From positions 5,344,677 to 5,408,676 of the forward strand of contig JAHRHZ010000086.1 of assembly GCA_024137785.1 (NCBI GenBank): a stretch of 64,000 nt of DNA. Direction: 5' to 3'. The notes below the pieces were generated by a model. That model made no database searches and had not been told where the DNA came from. It saw nothing but the letters and a program-made list of their open reading frames with translations. Each line of letters opens with the position of its first letter. Position 1 is the first letter of the stretch. Below are positions 23,101 through 35,100 of this stretch, in pieces. A program made the position numbers and the translations under genes. Source of the stretch: Ginglymostoma cirratum (Eukaryota).

Positions 23101-26100
23101 GATGAGGTTAGTAGATAGGAGATGGGAGTGGGGCTTGAGATGGGAGGAGGGGATAGGTGAAAGGAAGAACAGGTTAGGGAAGCGGGGAAGAGCTGGGCTG
23201 GTTTTGGGATGCGGTTGGGGGAGGGGAGATTTTGACGCTTGTGATATCCACATTGATACCATTGGGCTGCAGGGTTCCCAGGCTGAATATGAGTTGCTGT
23301 TCCTGCAGCCTTTGGGTGGCATCATTGTGGCATTGCAGGAGGCCCAGGATGGGCCGTACCTACACTGGCCCTAAACCCCACCTCTTCCTCCGTTACATTG
23401 ATGACTGTATCGGCGCCGCCTCATGCTCCCACGAGGAGCTCGAACAGTTCATCCACTTCACCAACACCTTCCAACCCAACCTGAAGTTCACCTGGACCAT
23501 CTCCAACACTTCTCTCTCATTCCTGGACCCCTCTGTCTCCATCTCGGGTAACCATCTAGAAACCGATGTCCATTTCAAGCCCACTGACTCCCACAGCTAC
23601 CTGGAATACACCTCCTCCCCCACCCACCTTCCTGCAAGAATGCCATCCCCTATTCCCAATTCCTTCGCCTCCGCCGCATCTGCTCCCAGGATGAGGCATT
23701 CCACTCCCATACATCTCCTCATTCTTCAAGGACCGCAACCTCCCCCCGCAGTGGTCGAGAACACCCTCGACCGTGTATCCTGCATTTCCCGCAACTCATC
23801 CCTCACACCCCGTCCCCGCAATAACAACCAAAAAAAATCCCCCTCGGCCTCACGTACCACCCCCTGGATCCAACGCATCATCCTCCGACACTTCCGCCAT
23901 CTGCAATCCGACCCCATCACCAAAGATATTTTTCCCTCCCCACCCTTGTCTGCTTTCCGGAGGGACCACTCCCTCCGTGACTCCCTTGTCCGCTCCACAC
24001 TCCCCTCCAGCCTCACCACACCTGGCACTTTTCCCTGCAACCGCAGGAAGTGCTACACCTGCCCCCACACCACCTCCCTCACCCCAAGAAGACTTTCCGC
24101 ATCAAGCAGATGTTCACCTGCACATCTGCTAATGTGGTATACTGCATACGCTGTGGCCTCCTCTATATCGGGGAAACCAAGCCGAGGCTTGGGGACCACT
24201 TTGCAGAACACCTGTGCTCGGTTCGCAACAAACAATTGCACCTCCCAGTCGTGAACCATTTCAACTCCCCCTCCCATTCCTCAGATGACATGTCCATCCT
24301 GGGCCTCCTGCAATGCCACAATGATGCCACCCGAAGGCTGCAGGAACAGCAACTCATTCAGCCTGGGAACCCTGCAGCCCAATGGTATCAATGTGGATTT
24401 CACAAGCTTCAAAATCTCCCCTCCCCCAACCGCATCCCAAAACCAGCCCAGCTCGTCCACGCCTCCCTAACCCGTTCTTCCTCCCACCTATCCCCTCCTC
24501 CCACCTCAAGCCCCACCCCCAGCGCCGAGCGGCGAACCGCCGCCCGCCCCCGGGGCCGGGCCGGGCGCCCGGGCCGGAACAAGCTCCTCCCGTCCCCCCC
24601 ACCTACACTCACCTTTACTGGCTCCATCCCCGCCTCTTTGACTTGTCTGCCTCCTCTCCACCTATCCTCTCCTATATCCATCTTCTATCCGCCTCCCCCG
24701 CCTCCCTATTTATTTCAGAACCCTCTTCCCCTCCCCCATTTCTGATGAAGGGTCTAGGCCCGAAGCGTCAAGCTTTCCTGCTCCTGTGATGCTGCTTGGC
24801 CTGCTGTGTTCATCCAGCTCCACACTTTGTTATCTCGGATTCTCCAGCATCTGCAGTACCTGTTATCTTTGGTGGCAAATTGAACTGTGTTTTACGCTGG
24901 AAGACTCTAATAAGTACCAAATAACAAACAGCCCTAAATCCAATTTGGAAAAACACACAGCTGGAACCTTTTAAGTCAAATGGTTACAACATCTGGAAGG
25001 CTTAAAAATGAATACACAAAGGTTAGCTCTGTAATGCTGGGTTTTTAAAGAAAGACTGAATAATTGCTCTGCCCTAACCCCCATAATAGCTGGGAAAATA
25101 CAGATGTGAGTAAGCACGTATAAAACTTGAATATTGCTTTGAAAAAGAAAAGTCTTGAAGCTTTTCGCCTTGCACTAATCAACATCGACACAAGAATGCC
25201 TTATTTCAAAAAAAGCAATAATGCAGAGAAAAGGTCACACCTGACTTAGAGACAACATGCTGATCAATCAGCATTTTTCTCTCATGCAAGATAAACTATT
25301 GCTCCTTTTGAAATGTGACATTCTTACATCTGACCTGTTGAGTCTAAGCAGAAAAGCTTCAACAGCAAATCTCTTTCCACTATGCATCCAGTCATAAATC
25401 TGTGTATGCATAAATTTGTCATACTTCATTCACCGTTTTACACTTCATGATTCCATTTTTACCTTCCTTAAGGTAGAAATTCACTGTCTACAAGCACGAT
25501 ATCAAACTTAGGGGTTCTAGAACCACAAAAAACCTTCCAACTGAAAAGTTAGAGTGTTACCACACAACGGATATTTCTGGCTAGGAAGAGAGACACAAAA
25601 GCCAGTTCAGTTGGCTCAACCCCCAGCAGTTTATAGTTTTCTTAAATGATATCTATACAACTTTGAGATCCAAATCTGAGAGAATCATTGGTTGACGTCA
25701 TAATTAATTACTATTTTGCTCTTGAAAGACAAGTAGAAAGAGATGCTTGGCCATGGCACCCACAACAAAATACAGTTAACCAGTGCCCTTGGGATCCCAA
25801 ACTTACCCAATTTGGTACATTAAGTGGTAAAGTGACTGTAGACCTATGTGCTCTCGACCTTCAGTGTTCCATCTACGCAAAACTACTGAGGCTGAAAACA
25901 GCAAGCAGTGGAAACTTGAGAGTAACAGGCAATGTGGAAATGAGGCATTTGATAAAGCAATATGCAAAGGATAGCACACAAGAGTTCACAGAACTAGGAA
26001 TAAGTAGGAATAAATTAACAGCTGTTTGGTAGTTCAGAACTTCCAAAAATTGCTAAAAAACTTAAACCTTTGTATCTTGTATTCATTAGGACAATTCACA

Positions 26101-29100
26101 AGAATCCCAGTTCAAGGGGGGAATTTACATTGCATGAGAGGAGAATGCTGATTGGTCAGCAAATGGAGCCCAGTTAGTAGATGTGCTGCCATGGAGAATG
26201 CACCCATTAATGCTGATTGGCAATTAACAGTCAGGCCTTTGATTCTAAAACCAGGGCATGGCCTTGGTTTACAATTTAAACAGACTAAGTAGTAACAAAA
26301 ATACAATATTGGCATTTATTGCCAGGGAATGGAATACAAAAATAGGAAGGCTTACTACAACTGTACAGGATTAGTGAGACACCTAGGAGTCCAAGTACAG
26401 TTTTGGTCTCCCTGTTTGAGTAATAATTACATTGCAGGTAAGTTCAGAGATGATAAACTAGATTGAAGACTGGGATAAAGGGTTTGTTTTGTAAGGAATG
26501 GTTGAGGATGGTGGGCCTATACTCATGGGACTTTAGCAACGTCGGGAGCTGGCATTGAAATATACAAGATTGCGAGGGATACTGACAATAGATACTAGAG
26601 AATGTTTGCCATCATGAGGAATCTGTAACTAAGATGCAGAGCTTCAGAGTAAGGTCTTGTCCATTCAACACAAACATGAGATGAATTTCTTTTTCTGTCA
26701 GTGTCATTAATCCTTGGAATCATCAAAACCCTACAGCAGAGGAGGCTGGGTCACTGAATATACCAAAACTGAATTAGACAGATCTTTAGTCTATGATTCG
26801 CGAAGAACAAAGTGGAATAAGGCCACAATCAGGTCAGCCGTGATTTTATTGGATGTTGGAGCAGGGTTAGGACCAAATGAACTTTTCTCACAATTTTGTA
26901 CGTTCTCAGGGCTTTCAGTGGTCTATTCTTGAAATTTCATATGCTCTTAAATGCACAGCCAGCCGAAAGGAGTAGGTAGGTTATCATTTCAAGTTAAATC
27001 ATAAACCAGTAACAAATCCAGCTGAGTTGAAATTTCCTCCATCTACACAGTGTGGAATCCCAAATGGTTCTTCTGCTCACAGTAACAAATTATTTTATCC
27101 TTGTTCTTTTAATTCCAGTTGTTAAAAAGGGCACTGCTGGGATAGTGGTATAGGAAGAAAACATGGTTTGTGACAATCCATAATAAGGAGTTCTGATTTC
27201 TGGATTATAGGTGATTAAGCACAGCAGTGAGTGGAAGGAAGTTAAATTATTGCACCGTTAGAGCTAGAAATTAATTTAAAAATCCAGAGGCTGGTTAAAA
27301 AATTGCACTTTTCTTTCAAATGGTGCTAATTATTATTTTCTTCCCTATTTCCATTGTCTCAGAACACACCTGCTAGCCTTCATTATAATCCCTATGGAAT
27401 CCAATAACTTAAAGGAATCCTTACGACACCAACAAAAAGAAAACAGTTGGACAGGTTTTTATTTAAAATTACTGAAACAAATCAACTAAAAATCAATGTA
27501 CCTCAACCATCTATTCACAAGTGAAAGATATTAAGTAATCAATCCAAAGATATGCCTCACTTCATTTCATGCACTCTCATTATTTCCTGTACAACCGTGA
27601 CATCACGTGTAATCTCCCAGTCTTTACAACTCAGCCTTAGTTTTGTAAAATTTCTCACTTCCCATTCAGTCATTCCAGCTTGAGTGACAATCAATAACAG
27701 TAGCCACTCATGTGAAGATCCCAGATAGGATAAGCACCGATGAAGCACATCTAAGTACCCTTCACTCCAGTCACAATTGTTCAAACGGTGCAGAATCCGA
27801 AAAGACTCACTCTTCCGACACCTTTATATGGTCCGATGGGCACTGGAACACAACAGGAGCACTGGGTATTGTCCAATCCATGATCTCTCATTTTCCCCAC
27901 CTTCAGTATCCAGTCCTTTCCAAATGTATAACACAAAGTAACACAGTCTCTGCTCTGAGACCTGCATAACATCAGGACCTGCTCGATTTGTGCCAAAAAG
28001 AAAAATTCCATTGGGAGAAAGCCATGCTTATTTTTCTTTCGATGAATTCTCAGTCCTGTTAACTTTCAAAAAAAAAACTGGCTAACCCCACACTACCACA
28101 ATTAGCTTCCTATTTATCCCTTTCTTGTTAGATGTTCATCCCCATGACAACCCTCAGTCAAAAGGCCATTTCTCAGAACCTACTGATGTCATAATCTGGA
28201 CTCCAATGAACCCACTTTCAAATATGACCCAATGAATGAATCATTTTGCAACACTGATGCGAAGAGCTAAAACCTAGATTCCTTTTAGGGGTAAGCATAA
28301 AGGCCACAAAGAGCTAACTGGAACTTTGTCCAGTTCTGGGCACCAAATTTTCAGGAAGAAGCAAAGGGATGAGAGAACGTTCAGAAACAATATATGAGAA
28401 TAGTTCCAGGGCTGAGGAAGTTCAGTGATGTAGATAAACTGGAGAAGTTGGAACTGCTTTCCTTGGAGAAGACTGCTTTCCTTGCATGGCAAAGTGGTTA
28501 ATTTTTCAGTGATGCCAGCCTTGAGCGACTGTCTGTATGGAGATTCCATGTTCTTCCCATGTCTGCATGGTTCCTACCCATGATCAAAAAATTTGCAGGT
28601 TAGTTGGATTGGCCATGCTAAACCGCCCTGTAGTATCCAGGGGTGTGCAGGCTAGATGTGTTAACTATGATAAACGTGGGATTATGGGGATATGGCGGGA
28701 TGCTCTTCAAAGTGTCAGTGCAGACTTGATGGGCCAAATGACCTATAACAGCACTCGAGATTCCATGATTCTAAGGAACAATTAAGATGAGATTCAGACT
28801 GGCATGTTACATATGTGGAGTTTGGACAGACTAGGTGGAGTAACGTGTTCCCACTGATGGGAAGATCAAAAACAATAGGATGCAGATTTATGGTAATATG
28901 CAAAAGCAGCAAGAGAGACATGGGACAGAAATCTTTTCACAGAGCAAGTGGTTAAGACCTGGAATGTGCTGCCGAGAAGTGGCGACAGCTGAGTCAATCG
29001 AGGCACTGGGGAAAGAATTTGATTATATGCAAAAGGAGAAGTGTACAGGATTGTGGGAATAAAGTTGGAATGACACCTGAACATATTACTCAGGAAACTG

Positions 29101-32100
29101 GCGCAGACACTGCAAGCCAAATAGCCTTTTATGCTTTAACTATTCTATAATTGTGATTCAGCGAACACATGAACATACCCAAATTTCAATGCATTTAAAG
29201 TATTATCATGTGGTGGAAGGAGGGCAACTGTGGGAAAATGACATTTATGATTAAAACACAGGTAGAAGATTTCATTTTCATCTCTAAGCATCAGTTCAAT
29301 GCTAACAAAAGGTTCGCTTTGTTACGTTAGAGATTGACATCACTGTAACACATTTCATGACCTCAATATCCCGAAACACACTATAACAAAAAACAAAAAC
29401 TGCTTGAGAAACTCAGCAGGCTTGTTAGTATCTGTGGGGAGAAAACAGTTTCCATTTCAAGTCCAGTGCTCTGATGAAGAGTCACATCATTCAGTTCTGA
29501 TGGGAGAGTCACCAGACTTGAAATGGAAACTGTTTCCTCCCCACTGATGCCATCAGAATTTCTCCAGCGATTTCTGTTTGTTTCAGATCTTCAGCTGCAG
29601 CAACTCTTTGTTTTACTATCGTCATTCAAGTAGTGTTAACCATTGCAGTGCAACAACCAATCTGTTTGCAGAAAGCATCCATAAACTTCAACGTGATAAA
29701 TTAGATTATCTGAAGAACAATCAACCAGGACCAGGAAGAACACCATTGTTCTAAAGAGAAACCCAGTATTTACACAGTGCCACATCACCAAGCCTTTTAA
29801 TGTCATGAATTATTTGGAAGTAGAACTGCTTAGTTACAAACATTTCCATCATGTCTGCTGTAGTGCTTCAAAGCCCAATGCAAGCTGGAGGAAAAGCACC
29901 TCATCTTCCACTTAAACACTTTACAGCTTTCAGGATTCAACTTCAGAGTATCAATGCTGTCCTCCATTTTCATCTCAGCCCCCACTACCCCACCAATTGC
30001 TTGCTTCCACAGATTAGCCCTCAACAAAAGTGACCTATTGTCTATCACACCATTTTGTGTATTATCGTCTCCTATGATAAGGATTCTCTTTTGCTCTATG
30101 CAACCCCACCATCAGTCCACATGCTCCTCCTCTCCCTTTGGCAACAGTCCTAAAACCACTTTCTAGGCCCGCTCAGTTCCAAACAATCACTGGACTCAAA
30201 ACATTATCTCTGTTTCTCTCTCCATAGATGCCACCAGACTTGCTGAGTTTCTCTAACATTTTCTGTTTTTATTTCAGATCTCCAGCGTCAACAGTATTTC
30301 ACTTTTATTTCAGGAGACAACGTCCCATAAACATCAAAAGGAATGACCAAGCAGCGATATTTGAGTGATAAACATGAGTTAGGGCACCGAGACAGCACAG
30401 CAAGAAAAGACTATTCACCTTCTGCACATGTTCTGCAATTCAAATGGATCATTGTCTCATCTGCATCTTAAATTCATTCACTCGCACTGGTTCCCCCCCC
30501 TTGCTCACTGCGCAAAACCAAATTGAAATTCCAAAACCTATGCTTGTATGATGTCCAGCCTCAACAGCCTTTGAGGAAAATTATTCAGATTTCCACTATG
30601 TGGGAAACAGTGCCTTTAACATGACTTCTGAACAGACTTGCTCTAATTCTAAGGCGTTATTCCCCTGTTCTGAGGAAAATTTACATGTAAAACATCTAAC
30701 AAATTCCCTGCCTCGAGTGCCATGTGAGCTCCAATGAGTTTACTTACTGTGTCCAAGGTGCGGAGGTGGTTTGCTTCCTTCCCTCTGCTTTGATGATTCC
30801 TGGCGCACCGAAGGACTAAATGCCTCATTTCGGATTGCCGGTGAAGAGTGACTCTTGTCTTCTTTCACGCTCACCATTGGTTGAGATTGCACTATTGAGG
30901 GAGTTCTTGGCTCCTGTAAGAAAATAAATCCTCATGAAAACACACCAATCCAACTCAGGCCTCATGCAACCAAAAAGTCTCCACACTACTGGACCAAAAG
31001 CCCGTGAAGTGGAATAGCGCAGTCTCAATCTGTTCCTCAACAGCAAAATGTGCACTCCAAATTACACTAATTCTCAGTATCAAAAGGAAAAGAAAACGGC
31101 TTTTGACAGAAATTAAAAGGCACTTTCCAATCAGATTTATTGATTTTAAAAGTAACCATAGTGCAGTGTGTTCTGGACTAGTTATGATGCTGAGATGTTC
31201 CATTATCCAGTTCCCCTAATTTATTTCCAGAAATTAACATCCAGTCAAACCAAAACTCAAAAAAGTACAAGAAAAAACTCAGCAATTTTCTGAAAATAAA
31301 AAACAATGACAAAGTGCTTTTCTAATAATCACAAGGCAGGGCAGCGGCTTTGCAGACAACACTATGTTCTATGCCCAAGGTCTGAGTAACCAAGTGTCTG
31401 ACTGCTTTCATTGACAGAAACAAAGCAGAGAGAAAAAAATAATCAGACAGCAAATAACATAAGGCCATCTCTTATGCAGCTGTGAGCAATGCGGAAAATA
31501 GTCATTTATTGAGAATTGGTATGCAGCAAACTTGAAGTAGAGGGGAGGGAATAATGGGTTAATTCAAATTCATACAGCACAGAAAAGGCCCTTTGGCCCA
31601 TCAAGTCTGCACTGACATAAACTGGGTGGAGAAACTCAATATTGCATATATATGGGTAGTCAAGACACTTGTCTGAATTTCTATCATGTTCAAATTTATT
31701 CATTGCAGCACTCCAGTTACAATGAAGTGCAAATTTCTCTTCAATGAGTTCAGTTTCTACCCACATGCTGTATTTAGACCTGATATCCTGAAACTCTTAC
31801 CAGAATTGTAGGTACCAGGCTGATTATTATTCAGTTACAATTTAACCACAGGTTTAGAAGTTGAAGTCATGGTAACTGCCAAGTAAAATCCTAACTTGCT
31901 TTACAGAAATAATAAAATTTTGTCTCATTCCCAGAGGTTTACAGAACAGTTACAAGTACACAACAAAACATTCAATGCAAAACACTAATCAGTTGAGTAT
32001 AGCAAATGAATAGGAACCAACTGCACTTATTGTTTTCTCTCAGTACATCACTTGAGCTGTTCCACTCAGCTGCAACAGAAGACTTCATTAGTAGAACAGC

Positions 32101-35100
32101 TTCAGGAAAAATGCATCCATAGGCAATAGTCCTATGGGGAATTGGTTCCCAACGGCACTGATTTCAGATGTGTTATGCTGCAGGGAGGATGGAGTGAAAG
32201 AGGGAGGTGGAGGATCGACAAACAAACAGTCTCTTTTCAATGCAGTCATTGTTGAGTTGCACTTGTGCTGGAAATGTTTCAGCAAAGTCTTTGCTTTTGA
32301 TTAAGTATATTGTGGCCATCACAAGTAACAGTGCTGCACCCCATGTTCATAATTCACCAGTGTGAACAGATCTTTCAACAATAAAGCTTCATGTTTTATA
32401 AAGAATCCCCCAATGTTTCAGTTGGTTAGGGCAACATGTAGATACCAACTACAAAGGCCCTAGGATGGATCCTGAATCTGTGCTGATCCCAGAGGAGGAA
32501 AATAGCAGGGGAACAACACGAGAGAACACTTTCCGCCTTAACTGAAAGCCAGCAAATCCTCCCTGAAAATGTACATACGCAGGGTTAACATGTTGAATTC
32601 AGTTTGGTGTTTCTTGTTGTTATAAGGCCTAGTAATGCTGACTTGTGTAGGCACATATGATTTGAACAGTGTATCACCACCCCTGGTGCTTCATGCCCAT
32701 TGCCTACATCCTACGTGTCAGCTGCTGGCAGAGAAAGTTGAAATAAAAATGCTTTGAAGTATCCGACACGCTTCAGTCCAGTGGAATAGACTCCATGAAG
32801 CCCCATGTTAGATGCACGTCAGGGACCTAACACCAATTCTGCTTACCTGCTTCTTATTCTGTGTAGTTCTTGGAGGTGACTGGACAAGAGATGGAAACTG
32901 TGGCAGTGGTGGGGAATGCATCAAGAGCGGTGAGGACACGTCTGCCAAATGAGCTGAGAAAAGAATATCAAAAATAAAAAGAGGCAAATAATTTCCCATC
33001 AAAGCACTGTGCAACTCTTTTGACCCCCTTCTTTCTGAATTCCAAGTTTGCACATAGTAGTTATGTTTCTGTAGTACATGTCCTCAAGAAAGCTACTGCA
33101 AGATGGACAGCTTACAGCGGACTTTTTTTTTTAAACAGCAGAAACCACCCAAAATTTATGCACAGGTATTCTTAGCCCACTTGAAAAAAACCTCTGCAGA
33201 GAGACACAGACACACAATCCAATGGAGACAGAGAAGCAGATAAAAATTGAATTTAAAAAATGGAATAAGAAGCTAGCTTCAGTAATGGTGACCCAACTAC
33301 TGGATGACATAAAAACTAATTGGGTTAGGAACATCCTTCAAGAAAGGAAATCTGTCATCTTTTTCTGATCTGGCCTGTAAGTGATGTCAAACCTATGGGA
33401 TGACCCCGAAAACAGCCTACTGAAATGGTCTAGTAAGCCATTTAGTTCACAGGTAATTTCAGAGAGGCAACTAATGTTGGTCTTGTCAGAGACAAATCCC
33501 ATGAACTGGAAAAATGTTTGACCCTGGGCATTTATTTTCTGTTCAAGGAAAACCACGGTTCAGACAAAGTGGTGACACTTTGAAAGAACAATTAAATTCA
33601 GTTCCATTCTCCTGCTCCTCCAACATAAGCTATCCAATCCTGATTTTAGTTTTCCCTTTCAAATACACTTCCAGTTCTAGTTTAGAATTTCGTCTTGGTA
33701 AATTCATACACAAACTAGAACATGAGAGGTACCTGTGCTCCAGGCTGACAACGCCCCATCCTGGCCCCATCCTAAGTATTTCCACACACATTGTTACAAG
33801 ATTCCTTACCTGTAGAATAGGAGTCAGGCTTCGGCTGTCGTGGCGAGTGGTGGTGCTGAATAACCTGCTGGGGTTTCGCCTGCTGGGGAGGCTGGTGCTG
33901 TGGTTGCTGTGGCTGTGGCTGCTGAATGTGGGATGGAAACTGCATAGATTGCATGTGAAGTGGCCTTGGTTGATGCTGCTGTGGCACCTGCTGCTGGGGT
34001 AGAGGCTGAGGCTGGGGATGTGGCGGAGGCTGGGTGTGAGGCAGAGGCTGGGGCTGGGTATGAGGCGGCTGGGGCTGACTGTGGACTGGCTGAGGTGGGG
34101 GTTGAGGTTGGGATTGGGATGAAGTCTGGACTGTTGAGAGAAGTGGAGTTTGATTCTGGGCCTTTTGTAGCTGCTGCAAGTACAGATGCATCTGACTAGG
34201 CTGCAGGGGAATTGAGAGACGAGGTGGTGGTTCCTCTTCTTCCAGCAATGCTGGTGGCTGCGTCATCTGTGGTGGCTGTAATATAGGCTGTGGGACCATG
34301 GGTGGAGACTGTGCAAGGGGCCGCGGCTGTTTTGGAGGTAGAGGTGCGGCTTTACCGCTGGGTCTGGATGGCTGTTGAGGCAGACTACTGTGCAAAGCTA
34401 CAAGGAAAAAGATCACAAAAGGAGGAACTGTTATTACATTGCTCTTTTCAAAAGCGGTTTAGTAAGCAGGAGAGCTTTATCACAAATAATCATAGATGTC
34501 TATATTCATTATGTATCATCTCACTCTTGCAGCATCTAACTGTTGCTTAAATGATGAGAGTTTTGTTTTCCACTACTGTCACTAGAATTCTACCCTACGT
34601 CAGTAACTCCCCATGTTGAAAGAATTTCAAACATCAAATGTACCCTTTACTAGCTTGAATCTACATCTCCTGAAGCGACTCTTGAAATTTAGTTGTAGAA
34701 TCTTTATTTTATTCATTTCAATGACTCTTACACACTACCTACATAATTCCACCGTTCTAAGCTGAATAATCCACATTTCTTCATAACACAATCTTGAATT
34801 ATTCGGAAACCTTTATTCCCCTCTTGCTTCCAAGGTATGTCTCTCTATCCCATTCTCTTCAAAGAATGGAACCCACAGACACTCCAGCCAGCATGACTAA
34901 CTGGTACTGAGAAAATGCACAACATGGGATACTTACCTTTATCCATTGAGGCATTGAACAGAAGAACAGGGAGATTATGGTGGACCCAAACATAACATTG
35001 GTAGGTCCACAGCTGGACTTCTATGTGCAGTTCTGGTCACCACATTGTAGGAAGAATGGGATTGCACTGGAGAAGGTGCAGAAGTGGTGCCTGGGTTGGA

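Larger units (their letters stand above)
22826..24867 (+). mobile_element. Penelope-like retroelement, 5'-truncated, with inverted pseudo-LTR copy and 16-bp TSD
   Basis: RT motif FLRYIDD (from ~23385) and GIY-YIG-type endonuclease ([30 protein letters not shown]), with frameshifts. 22824-23351 is an inverted copy of 24295-24836. TSD tttggt[a/g]gcaaattga at 22810-22825 and 24868-24883. Confidence 0.92.

Noticed and set aside
24521-24592. CpG island or internal promoter
   Set aside because: Only ~70 bp, inside a TE arm, and explained by T-to-G conversion relative to the sister arm.
23232-24789. 340-aa and 231-aa ORFs as a nested host gene
   Set aside because: They are frameshifted pieces of a 5'-truncated Penelope RT/GIY-YIG ORF; the longest ORF starts in the inverted arm.
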